Of a DNA stretch of 64,000 nt, positions 40,262-48,924 are shown piece after piece. The stretch is from Dehalococcoidia bacterium (lineage in GTDB: Bacteria; Chloroflexota; Dehalococcoidia; Lucifugimonadales; Australimonadaceae): contig OY764542.1 in NCBI GenBank assembly GCA_963668465.1, forward strand, positions 1,377,702 to 1,441,701, read 5' to 3'. Position numbers and translations under genes: made by a program. Under the pieces are notes generated by a model that searched no databases, was not told the origin of the DNA, and worked only from the letters and a program-made list of their open reading frames with translations. Position 1 is the first letter of the stretch. Every line of letters starts with the position of its first letter.

Positions 40262-40740
40262 GCGCCTCCTTCCTTGCGCTCGGCCTCATGCAGGGCCTCA
40301 TGTGCCCGCAGCGTGGCCGGGCGAACGTCGCGTCCGCGCTCGGTGCTCAGGCTGATCGAGTTCAGCCACTTCACGTTCGCGCACGTGTCTATCTCCGCGG
40401 TGCCGCACGCGGCGGGGTTCGGTATGAGGAAGCGCACCGGGCCGCCCTTCTCATGCGGCAGCGGCTCGCCATCCAGCGCGTACAGTAACAGCGCCTGGTC
40501 GGCGACAGCCGCCAACGGGATGCTCGCCGCGAACCCGCCTTCCGCCTCCAGCGTGAGGAACTCTGCGCCCGGCTGCGCCGACGCCGCTTCCAGCACCGAC
40601 GCGATGCGCACCGCCGACCCCTCGCGTCCCGGCGAAAGCGTCGACACGTCGTCCACCTGTCCGGGCAGCGCCGCGAGGTCCGCGTGGCCCAACTCCAACG
40701 GATGCCCCACCAGTCCTGAAACGCTTACCGTCATCGCCAT
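40258..40740 (-). CDS. Small molybdopterin-binding oxidoreductase-domain protein (sulfite-oxidase fold)
   Basis: Start ATG 40740 (MAMTVSVSGLVGHPLELGHADLAALP); LDGEPLPHEKGGPVRFLIPN. Confidence 0.65.
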   Translation of the reverse strand: MAMTVSVSGLVGHPLELGHADLAALPGQVDDVSTLSPGREGSAVRIASVLEAASAQPGAEFLTLEAEGGFAASIPLAAVADQALLLYALDGEPLPHEKGGPVRFLIPNPAACGTAEIDTCANVKWLNSISLSTERGRDVRPATLRAHEALHEAERKEGGA

Positions 40741-40753
40741 GCCCTCCTTCCTG

Positions 40754-41221
40754 CTAGTCCTCGAACCACTCGGGCGGTACCCGCACCGCGACCATCTCAC
40801 CCGTCGCCGTCTCGACGCCGCCTGAGGTGAGCGAGCAGCTCACCAGCGCCTTGCGCCTCACCAACTCCGTCACCCGCGCCCGCATCGTCAACGGCTGGTC
40901 TATCGGCGTCGGCTTCCGGTAGGTCACGTGCAGCGACGCCGTCGCGTACCAGATGACGGGCCCCGAGCCGACCTCGCGCTCCTCGAGTTTGTACGCCTCC
41001 GCGATGGCCGTCCAGATGCTGTGGCAGTCGATGACGCTGCCAATCATGCCGCCGTAGAGGATGTGCCTCGGCCCCGCCGCGAACTCGGGACGAGGCATCC
41101 ACGTGCACACCGTCTCATCGCCGTCCCAGTAGCTGGGCAGCTTCAGGCCGTCCTTCGCGTCCGGCCCACACCCCCAGCAGTGGTTGCCGGCCAGCAGATC
41201 TTGAAACGCAACGTCGCTCAC
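40754..41221 (-). CDS. PaaI-family hotdog-fold thioesterase
   Basis: NHCWGCGPD N-terminal motif; GGMIGSVIDCH; about 155 aa. Confidence 0.75.
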   Translation of the reverse strand: MSDVAFQDLLAGNHCWGCGPDAKDGLKLPSYWDGDETVCTWMPRPEFAAGPRHILYGGMIGSVIDCHSIWTAIAEAYKLEEREVGSGPVIWYATASLHVTYRKPTPIDQPLTMRARVTELVRRKALVSCSLTSGGVETATGEMVAVRVPPEWFED

Positions 41222-41294
41222 GAAATGATGCTCCTACGCCATCGAGGTCAAGGGTAGTCTAGCGGCAAGCCCAGCCGCCGGGCGAGCAGGACGC

Positions 41295-41445
41295 GAACAA
41301 GGTGGCCAAACCCCTGTGGATTCTGGCCACCTTGTTACCTGCCTTACGAGTAAATCGAGTGCTCCATCTGGCCACCTTGGCCACCTTGTGCTGCTGTGCG
41401 CAAGGCCACGGCCTGCTTCCCGTGAAAAATGAACAAGGTGGCCAA
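41295..41445. repeat. Cluster of five GGCCACCTTG / CAAGGTGGCC motifs (direct and inverted) in a divergent intergenic region
   Basis: gaacaaggtggccaa at 41295-41309 and 41431-41445 (perfect 15-mers); inverted tggccaccttgtt at 41324-41336; tggccaccttggccaccttgtg at 41369-41390. Confidence 0.85.
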
Positions 41446-41667
41446 CGAATTCACAAGTTTGCGCCGGAGTCATAGGTCCTGTTGATGGCTGAGGCCGCCA
41501 GCCATAGATGCGGTCTATACCTGTGGCAGGGAGCCTAGTCATGCAGCCAGCGTAGCGGACGCGAGGGCGACCGCGTAAGTGGCGGATGGCACAACGCAGG
41601 GCAGCCCCGGACTCCACGCGACGCCGCGCGGGAACTCCAGCCGGGTACGCTAGAATGACGCCACGAC

Positions 41668-42498
41668 ATGGAACTGGAACCGGGGATACACCAACTCACC
41701 TTCGGACGGGAGCCGTTGCCGGGGTTCCCGCCGCCCAACGCCTACCTCGTATTCGGCTCGGACACCGCCGTCCTCATCGACACCGGCTGGGAGAACGAGG
41801 ACGACCACCACGCGCGCGCCTCCTACATCCGTGAGGTCAACGCGCCGCCTGTTTCCGAGATCATCATCACGCACCGCCACCCGGACCACGGAGGCGGCGC
41901 GCTGCACATGCACCGCGAGACCGGCGCGCCGCTCGCGTGCCACCCCAACGACCGCGAGGCCATCGAGAACGACCGCCTCCACGGCGAGTTGCACGTCGCC
42001 GACGACCTGCAGCACGGCGACCGCCGCGAACTCGGCGGCCTCTCGCTCGAAGCCGTCTGGGCGCCCGGCCACACCTCGGGCTCGCTCGCCCTTTTCGCAC
42101 CGGAGCGCAAGGCGCTCTTCACCAGCGACACCGTCCTCGCCGTCTCCACAACCAGCATCGGCCCGCACGACGGCAACCTCGCCGACTACATGCGGACGCT
42201 GGAGATGCTGAAGGACGTGGACGCCCGCATCATGTACACCGGCCACGGCGGCCCGGTGAAGCGGCCGAAGGCACGGCTCAACGCCCTCATCAAGCACCGG
42301 CACGAGCGCGAGCAGGCCATCCTGAACGCGCTGCGCGACGGCCCGCTCTCGCCCGCCGAACTCCGCGTGCGCATCTACACCCGCCTCCCGAAGTCGCGCG
42401 AGCGCCTCGCGGAGCGGCAGCTCCTGACCACGCTCACCAAACTCGCAGAGGAGCAGGCGGTCGTTTCCGAAGAGAACGACCGCTACGCCCTGCGGTAG
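41668..42498 (+). CDS. MBL-fold metallo-hydrolase
   Basis: ITHRHPDHGGG (HxHxDH), later GHTSGS and GHG. Confidence 0.88.
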   Translation: MELEPGIHQLTFGREPLPGFPPPNAYLVFGSDTAVLIDTGWENEDDHHARASYIREVNAPPVSEIIITHRHPDHGGGALHMHRETGAPLACHPNDREAIENDRLHGELHVADDLQHGDRRELGGLSLEAVWAPGHTSGSLALFAPERKALFTSDTVLAVSTTSIGPHDGNLADYMRTLEMLKDVDARIMYTGHGGPVKRPKARLNALIKHRHEREQAILNALRDGPLSPAELRVRIYTRLPKSRERLAERQLLTTLTKLAEEQAVVSEENDRYALR

Positions 42499-42517
42499 CG
42501 GAGAACGGACGGAGCGC

Positions 42518-43024
42518 ATGCGTATCCTCGGCGTCGACCCCGGCACCCAGACAATGGGCTACAGCATCCTCGATCTCGACGATGGCAGCGAGACGCCACG
42601 CTGCCTCGCGTGGGGGACGTTCGACGGCGGACGCTCGAAAGAGATCGCGGAGCGGCTCCACCTGTTGCACGGCGAACTGCAGGCGCTCGCGGAGCGCTGG
42701 ACGCCGGACCAGCTCGCGATAGAGGAGCCGTTCGTTGCGCCGGCGCGCGGCGCGAAGTCCGCCATCGCCGTGGGGCAGGCGCAGGCCGTCGCGCTGCTCG
42801 TCGCGGCGCAGGCAGGCATTCCCATCCACCGGTACTCCCCCGCAACGGTGAAGAGCGCCGTGGCCAACTACGGGGCGGGCGACAAGGCGCAGGTGCAGCG
42901 CTCCGTCCGCATCCTCCTCGGACTCGGCAACGAGCCGATGGCGGAGGACGCCTCGGACGCCATCGCCATCGCACTCTGCCATGTACAGGCGCTCCGCACC
43001 GCCGCGCGGCTGAGTGCACGATGA
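42518..43024 (+). CDS. ruvC: Crossover junction endodeoxyribonuclease RuvC
   Basis: MRILGVDPGTQTMGY, AIEEPF, DASDAIAIALCH. Confidence 0.93.
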   Translation: MRILGVDPGTQTMGYSILDLDDGSETPRCLAWGTFDGGRSKEIAERLHLLHGELQALAERWTPDQLAIEEPFVAPARGAKSAIAVGQAQAVALLVAAQAGIPIHRYSPATVKSAVANYGAGDKAQVQRSVRILLGLGNEPMAEDASDAIAIALCHVQALRTAARLSAR

Positions 43025-43632
43025 GCATCATCGCGGGCGTCGAGGGCACGATCGAGGCGAAGTACGCCGACTCCGTCGTCGTGCGCGTCGGCGGCGGCAT
43101 CCTGCTGCGCGTCTTCGTCCCTGCGCACGACCTCGGCGGACTGCCCGGCGCGGACAGCCCCGTGCGGCTGCACACCCACCTCATCGTCCGGGAGGACGAC
43201 CTGCAGCTGTACGGCTTCGCCACCGAGCACGGACGACGGCTGTTCGAGATGCTCATCGGCGTGAGCCAGGTCGGCCCGAAGGCCGCGCTCGCCGTCCTAA
43301 GCGTGCTCTCACCGGAAGACCTCGCCACGGCGATCGTCGCGGGCGACGCGACCGCCATCAGCCGCGCGCCGGGCGTCGGCAAGCGCACCGCCGAGCGCAT
43401 CATCCTCGACCTCAAGGGCAAGCTGGAGGAGGAGATCGGCGCGCCGCTCGTGACCGGCGCAGGCGTCGCCACGACCGCGGGTGGCACAGGCGATCCCGCC
43501 CTGCAGTGGCTCATGGCGCTCGGCTACTCCGCGCTCGAAGCGCGTCAGGCGCTCGCCACCGAGGACGGCACAGCCGACGCCCCCACCGACGAGCGCGTCA
43601 GGCGCGCGCTCCAGCGCATGGGCGGCGGCTAA
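43021..43632 (+). CDS. ruvA: Holliday junction branch migration complex subunit RuvA
   Basis: ATG 43021 overlapping the ruvC stop; MSIIAGVEGTIE, LYGFATEHGRRLFEMLIGVSQVGPKAALAVLS, PGVGKRTAERIILDLK (HhH). Confidence 0.92.
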   Translation: MSIIAGVEGTIEAKYADSVVVRVGGGILLRVFVPAHDLGGLPGADSPVRLHTHLIVREDDLQLYGFATEHGRRLFEMLIGVSQVGPKAALAVLSVLSPEDLATAIVAGDATAISRAPGVGKRTAERIILDLKGKLEEEIGAPLVTGAGVATTAGGTGDPALQWLMALGYSALEARQALATEDGTADAPTDERVRRALQRMGGG

Positions 43633-43712
43633 CCGGCGGAGCCATCCCCAGCGTCACCAGCCCCTTGCCTACTGCGCCCCGCACAGCCAATGATGCTTGC
43701 GGGCGACATCTC

Positions 43713-43904
43713 ATGGTGCATAAGGTAAGAGACGCGATCCGTATGGTGGAGCGGGATGGCTGGTTCCTGGTGCGTACGCGCGGGAGCCACCGGCAGTTCC
43801 ATCACCCCACGAAACCCGGAACGGTTACCATACCGGGGCGCCTGGGCGAAGACGTGCGACAATGGCTCTGGGACGGTATCAGGAAGCAAGCGGGACTGAA
43901 GTAG
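43713..43904 (+). CDS. hicA: HicA-family mRNA interferase toxin
   Basis: 63 aa; RDAIRMVERDGWFLVRTRGSHRQFHHPTKPGTVTIPG is the canonical HicA pattern. Confidence 0.88.
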   Translation: MVHKVRDAIRMVERDGWFLVRTRGSHRQFHHPTKPGTVTIPGRLGEDVRQWLWDGIRKQAGLK

Positions 43905-43915
43905 AGGCGGCAGGC

Positions 43916-44338
43916 ATGCGGTACTTGGTCGTCATCAGCAGAACTCCCAACAACTACTGCGCGGGAGCGCCGGACGTTCCCGGCTGCATCTCCACCGGCA
44001 GCACGCCGGAAGAGATGAAGGTGAACATCCGCGAAGCACTCGAATTCCACTTCGAGGGAATGTCGGAACACGGGGAGACGCTGCCCGAGCCAACCGCGCG
44101 CGCAATCGTGGTAGAGGGCTATAACGCTGTCGTCTACCGCGAGGACGGAGCGTGGAAGGCATTTGCGGAGGAACTCTGGCCCATCGTCGCTGCCGCCGAC
44201 ACGCCGGAGCGGGCGGAAGCGCTCTTCCGCGAGACGCTTCCCGCCTATCTCGGCTCTCTCCGCGCTTCCGGCACGCCTGTGCCCCCTCCTGCGGCGGAGG
44301 TCTTTTTCGTCGACGTCAACCTCCCCGTGCCTGCCTGA
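43916..44338 (+). CDS. hicB: HicB-family antitoxin with two tandem HicB-fold modules and no recognisable DNA-binding tail
   Basis: YLVVISRTPNNYCAGAPDVPGCISTGSTPEEMKVNIREALEFHFEGMSEHGETLPEP, then a second module YNAVVYREDGAWKAFAEEL...ADTPERAEALFRETLPAYLGSLRASGTPVPPP. Confidence 0.8.
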   Translation: MRYLVVISRTPNNYCAGAPDVPGCISTGSTPEEMKVNIREALEFHFEGMSEHGETLPEPTARAIVVEGYNAVVYREDGAWKAFAEELWPIVAAADTPERAEALFRETLPAYLGSLRASGTPVPPPAAEVFFVDVNLPVPA

Positions 44339-44344
44339 GGCCCC

Positions 44345-45118
44345 ATGCCATTCGACTTCCCCTACGACGACTGGGCCGACATCTACGATGCGGTGCACGC
44401 CGACCTCACGCACGACATCGACTTCTATGTCGAGCTGGCGCGCGAGTCGGGTGGCCCCGTCCTGGAACTCGGCTGCGGCACGGGACGCATCAGCCTCCCC
44501 ATCGCGCGGGCAGGCGTTCCCATGACGGGCATCGACATCTCGCCGCGCATGATCGAAGTCGCGCAGGCCAAGGCCTCGAAGCGAGGACTCTCCGAGCGGT
44601 GCGTCTTCCAGTCCGGCGACATGGCAACGGTCCAGCTCGCAGAGCGCTTCCCGCTCGTCATCATGCCGTTCCGCTCTTTCCACAGCATGCTCACAACCGA
44701 GGAGCAGCGGCAGGCGCTCGCCCGCGTGCGGGAGCGGCTCGCGCCCGGCGGCGTCTTCGCGATGGACACGTTCAACCCGGACGTGAACGCACTCGTGGGC
44801 GATAACGCTTCGCTCGCCTACCACCTGAAGGACGTCGAGCGCGAGGGAGGCGGGACCATCGTCGTCTGGGGGCAGAACGGCTGGGACCCCGTCACCCAGG
44901 TGAACGACACCCGCCTCATCATCGAGGAGGTCAGCGACGAGGGAGTCGTCGAGCGCCGCCTCCTACGCGATTTCGAGCAGCGCTACACCTTCCGGTACGA
45001 GATGGAGCACCTGCTGGAGCTGTGCGGCTTCGACATCGAATCTGTCTACGGCGACTTCGACGGCGGCCCCGTCACCGAGGACAGTGAAGACCTCGTCTGG
45101 GTGGCGAGGGCCACGTAA
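44345..45118 (+). CDS. Class I SAM-dependent methyltransferase
   Basis: VLELGCGTGRISLPIAR motif I; DISPRMIE. Confidence 0.85.
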   Translation: MPFDFPYDDWADIYDAVHADLTHDIDFYVELARESGGPVLELGCGTGRISLPIARAGVPMTGIDISPRMIEVAQAKASKRGLSERCVFQSGDMATVQLAERFPLVIMPFRSFHSMLTTEEQRQALARVRERLAPGGVFAMDTFNPDVNALVGDNASLAYHLKDVEREGGGTIVVWGQNGWDPVTQVNDTRLIIEEVSDEGVVERRLLRDFEQRYTFRYEMEHLLELCGFDIESVYGDFDGGPVTEDSEDLVWVARAT

Positions 45119-45129
45119 AGGGGCACGCC

Positions 45130-45642
45130 ATGGCCGACTACTTCGACTGCATCACGGACAAGCAGGCCGACCTCATCCGGCAGGCGTCGGTCTTCTTCGT
45201 CGCCACCGCCGACCCCGGCCTCGCGCCGGGGATGCACGTCGGCGCGGTGAACGTCTCGCCGAAGGGCGGTGTGCCGCTCCACGTGCTGGACGAACGCCGC
45301 GTGGCGTATCTCGATTACACCGGCAGCGGCAACGAGACGGCGCGCCACTCGATGGCGGGCGGACCCATCACCGTCATGGTCTGCTCGTTCGATAGCGAGG
45401 ACGCGGCCGTCGTGCGCCTGTACGGCCACGCCACGGTGACGCCTGTCGCCGAGTCCCCGCTCGCCGAGCAACTGCTCGCCGCGCCCGCGGAGGAGATCGC
45501 ACTGCCGCAGCGGCAGGCCATCGTGGTCGACGTCGAGAGCACTGCCACGAGCTGCGGCTACGGCGTGCCGGTGATGACGTTCGACGCGCAGCGCACCGTG
45601 CGGGAACGCGGTCGCCGCTACAAGGTGCCCCGCAAGGCGTAG
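45130..45642 (+). CDS. Pyridoxamine 5'-phosphate oxidase-family (FMN-binding split-barrel) protein
   Basis: ASVFFVATADPG...VNVSPKGG pattern. Confidence 0.65.
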   Translation: MADYFDCITDKQADLIRQASVFFVATADPGLAPGMHVGAVNVSPKGGVPLHVLDERRVAYLDYTGSGNETARHSMAGGPITVMVCSFDSEDAAVVRLYGHATVTPVAESPLAEQLLAAPAEEIALPQRQAIVVDVESTATSCGYGVPVMTFDAQRTVRERGRRYKVPRKA

Positions 45643-45710
45643 CGCACTTTACACCTGCCCCTCGTTAGGCTAGGTTCACGCCGTATCGGACGGCGCTGAC
45701 GCGTCGTGGA

Positions 45711-46715
45711 GTGGGGACTTACTTGACGGCTCTCCTCGAAGTGAACGGGCTGCGCACGCACTTCTTCACGTCTGCCGGCGTGGTGAAGGCTGTGGACGGG
45801 ATCACCTTCGACCTCATGGAAGGCGAATCGCTCGCCATCGTCGGCGAGAGCGGCTGCGGCAAGAGCATCACCGCGCTCTCCATCATGAGGCTCATCCCCA
45901 GCCCGCCCGGACGCATCCTGGGCGGGTCGATACGCTTCATGGGCGAAGACCTCCTCGCGCAGGACGACAAGGCCATGCGCGACATCCGGGGCAACCGCAT
46001 CGGCATGGTGTTCCAGGAGCCAATGACCTCCCTGAACCCCGTGCTCACGATAGGCCGGCAGCTCACCGAGGCCGTGCAGCGGCACCTCGGCTACGACAAC
46101 GAGGCAGCCCACGCCCGTGCGTCGGAGCTGCTGGAGCTCGTCGGCATACCGGACGCCGCGAACCGCCTCCGCGCCTACCCGCATGAGTTCTCCGGCGGCA
46201 TGCGCCAGCGCGTCATGATCGCCATGGCGCTCTCCTGCAGCCCGAAGCTGCTCATTGCCGACGAGCCCACGACCGCGCTGGACGTCACGATCCAGGCCCA
46301 GATCCTCGAGCTCATCCAGCAGGTGCAGCGGGAGCTGGGCATCGCGGTCATAATCATCACGCACAACCTCGGCGTCGTCGCGCGCTACGTCGACCGCATC
46401 AACGTCATGTACGCGGGCCGCATCGTGGAGCGCGGCACGCTTCACCAGGTGTTCGACGAGCCGCAGCACCCCTACACGAAAGGGCTGCTGGCGTCCGTGC
46501 CCCGGCTCGACAAACCGAAGGGCGAGCGCCTCATCCCCATCGAGGGGATGCCGCCGGACCTGAGCAACCTCCCCGCAGGCTGCGCGTTCCGCGAGCGCTG
46601 CGCGTATGCCATCGCACGCTGCGAAGAGGACGTGCCGGAGGTGCGCCACGTCAGGAGCGCGGCTGCCGAGCACCACGTCGCCTGCTGGGCCGTCGAAACC
46701 GGGAGCGCCGCATGA
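45711..46715 (+). CDS. Oligopeptide/dipeptide-type ABC transporter ATP-binding protein (OppD/DppD-like)
   Basis: GTG start; [36 protein letters not shown]-terminal oligopeptide-ABC extension with [10 protein letters not shown]. Confidence 0.92.
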   Translation: MGTYLTALLEVNGLRTHFFTSAGVVKAVDGITFDLMEGESLAIVGESGCGKSITALSIMRLIPSPPGRILGGSIRFMGEDLLAQDDKAMRDIRGNRIGMVFQEPMTSLNPVLTIGRQLTEAVQRHLGYDNEAAHARASELLELVGIPDAANRLRAYPHEFSGGMRQRVMIAMALSCSPKLLIADEPTTALDVTIQAQILELIQQVQRELGIAVIIITHNLGVVARYVDRINVMYAGRIVERGTLHQVFDEPQHPYTKGLLASVPRLDKPKGERLIPIEGMPPDLSNLPAGCAFRERCAYAIARCEEDVPEVRHVRSAAAEHHVACWAVETGSAA

Positions 46716-47719
46716 CCACGTCATCCGCGGATTCCCCTCTCGTCGAAGTGAGCCGGGTGAAGAAGTACTTCCCGGTCACCTCCGGCATCGTATTCAAGAA
46801 GCGCGTCGGCGAGGTCAAGGCCGTGGACGACGTCTCGCTCACGATACGACGCGGCGAGACGCTCGGCCTCGTGGGCGAGAGCGGCAGCGGCAAGAGCACG
46901 CTGGGACGCTGCATCCTGCAGCTGCACCAGCAGACCGAGGGCGAGGTGAAGTTCGACGGCATCGAGATGAGCACGCTGAGCGGCAGGGAACTGCGCACCA
47001 TGCGTCGGCGCATCAACGCCATCTTCCAGGACCCGTACTCGTCGCTCAGCCCGCGCATGACCGCGGCGGGCATCATCGGGGAGCCGGTGAGCGTCCATGG
47101 GCTCGTGCAGGGCAAGGCGGAGATGCGGGAGCGCATCCAGCACCTGCTGGATGTCGTCGGGCTCAACCCCTACATGGCCGACCGCTTCCCGCACGAGTTC
47201 TCCGGCGGCCAGCGCCAGCGCATCGGCATCGCACGGGCCATCGCGGCGGAGCCGGAGTTCATCGTCGCCGACGAGCCCGTCTCCGCGCTCGACGTCTCGA
47301 TACAGGCGCAGATCATCAACCTCCTCCAGGAGTTGCAGGAGCAGTTCGGGCTCACGTACCTCCTCATCGCGCACGACCTCTCCGTCGTGCGGCACATCTC
47401 GGACCGCGTCGCGGTCATGTACCTGGGCAAGTTGATGGAGCTCGCGCCCTGCGACGATCTCTACGAGGACCCGCAGCACCCCTACACCAAAGCGCTGCTC
47501 TCCGCCGTGCCGGTGCCCGACCCTACGGTGGAAGAGGCCCGCGAGCGCATCGTGCTGCAGGGCGACATCCCCAGCCCGCAGAACCCACCGCAGGGATGCG
47601 TCTTCCACACGCGCTGCCCCATGGCCATTGACGACTGCCGCGCCGTCGTCCCGCCGCTCAAGGAGACGAGCCGCGGCCACTGGACGGCCTGCATCCGCGT
47701 CGGCCCCGGCGCTGTCTAG
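46712..47719 (+). CDS. Oligopeptide/dipeptide-type ABC transporter ATP-binding protein (OppF/DppF-like)
   Basis: [44 protein letters not shown]. Confidence 0.92.
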   Translation: MTTSSADSPLVEVSRVKKYFPVTSGIVFKKRVGEVKAVDDVSLTIRRGETLGLVGESGSGKSTLGRCILQLHQQTEGEVKFDGIEMSTLSGRELRTMRRRINAIFQDPYSSLSPRMTAAGIIGEPVSVHGLVQGKAEMRERIQHLLDVVGLNPYMADRFPHEFSGGQRQRIGIARAIAAEPEFIVADEPVSALDVSIQAQIINLLQELQEQFGLTYLLIAHDLSVVRHISDRVAVMYLGKLMELAPCDDLYEDPQHPYTKALLSAVPVPDPTVEEARERIVLQGDIPSPQNPPQGCVFHTRCPMAIDDCRAVVPPLKETSRGHWTACIRVGPGAV

Positions 47720-47720
47720 A

Positions 47721-48785
47721 TCAGCCGCCGACCTCGATCCCGTAGAGCTTCGAGACATTGTCCCGCAACAGCCCGGCGCGAACGTCCGCAGGCAGGCTGC
47801 CCATGTCGCGCGCGACGATCTGCCGCGAGTCCGGCCACGTCGAGTTGCCGTGCGGGTAGTCGCTGGACCACATGCAGTTGCCGGCGCCCCACCAGGAGAG
47901 GAGCCTGCCGCCGACCGCGTCGTTGAAGAAGGTGGCGTACACCTGCCGGTTGAAGTACTCGCTGGGGAGCATCGTGAGGTCGAGTGCCACCCTGTTCGTG
48001 CCGTGGCGCTGGAAGTAGTAGTCCCACTGCTCAAGCACGAACGGCAGCCAGCCGATCTCGTTCTCGACGAGCACCAGCTTGAGCCGCGGGAAGCGCTCCA
48101 GCACTCCGGAGAAGATGAAGTCGTAAAGGGCGTCCATCGCGTAGACGAGCTTCATGTTGACGCTCGTCCGCTCCTGTTCGATGCCCCGCTCTCCCTGGCC
48201 GAACGACTGCCGCAGGTTGTAGCCATGACCGCTGAGGATGTGCAGCGACACCGGCATGTCGAGCTCCTCGGCGCGCGCCCACAGGGGGTCGTAGTGGCGC
48301 GACGTGAAGGGCAGCGCGGGGTCGGGCACCTGCCACACCACCACTCCGGACATCCCCGCCTTGCGGCTGCGCTCCATCTCCTCGACGGCAGCCTCGATGC
48401 GGTACGTCGAGAGCAGCGCGAGGCCGATGAGCCTGTCCGGGGCCGCCGAGCAGTAGTCCGCGAGCCAGTCGTTGTAGACCCTGGCGCACGCCTCCTCCAG
48501 GTCACGGTCGCCGAGGACGAGCGTCTTGAGGCCGTGGGTCGGATACAGCACCTCGGCGCTGACGCCGTCGCGGGCCATCTCGTTGACCCGTTCCCACTTG
48601 TCCATCCCACCTGGGGCGTCGTTCCTCCGAGCGCCGCCGAGGTCGGGAACACGTTCACGGAGCGCTGCGGGAAGGTTCTCCTTCCACAGGCCCGCCGGCT
48701 CGATCACGTGCGAGTCCGACGAGATGAGCACCTCATCGACCTCGGCGCCGACCTCAGGAGCGTAGGTCCGTTCGAGGATCCCCAT
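47721..48785 (-). CDS. Amidohydrolase_2 paralog 6
   Basis: LISSDSHVIEP; SSDYPHGN. Confidence 0.82.
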   Translation of the reverse strand: MGILERTYAPEVGAEVDEVLISSDSHVIEPAGLWKENLPAALRERVPDLGGARRNDAPGGMDKWERVNEMARDGVSAEVLYPTHGLKTLVLGDRDLEEACARVYNDWLADYCSAAPDRLIGLALLSTYRIEAAVEEMERSRKAGMSGVVVWQVPDPALPFTSRHYDPLWARAEELDMPVSLHILSGHGYNLRQSFGQGERGIEQERTSVNMKLVYAMDALYDFIFSGVLERFPRLKLVLVENEIGWLPFVLEQWDYYFQRHGTNRVALDLTMLPSEYFNRQVYATFFNDAVGGRLLSWWGAGNCMWSSDYPHGNSTWPDSRQIVARDMGSLPADVRAGLLRDNVSKLYGIEVGG

Positions 48786-48924
48786 GGCAAGCCTCCTCCT
48801 CCATCAAGGGCGGGCCTTTCCGGTTCATCGCTGGCGCGAGTGTACCCCAGCAGGCGCAGCGCGCACCGCGTCAGGGGGTGGTGACGCAGATAGGTGTCCG
48901 TCGTCTTTCCCGCAGGGGTCGCGC

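Noticed and set aside
41234-41617. 127-aa minus-strand ORF in the PaaI/MBL intergenic region.
   Set aside because: Its composition is artefact-like (Arg/Pro/Trp/Gly rich), it has no RBS, and it is built across the GGCCACCTTG repeat cluster.
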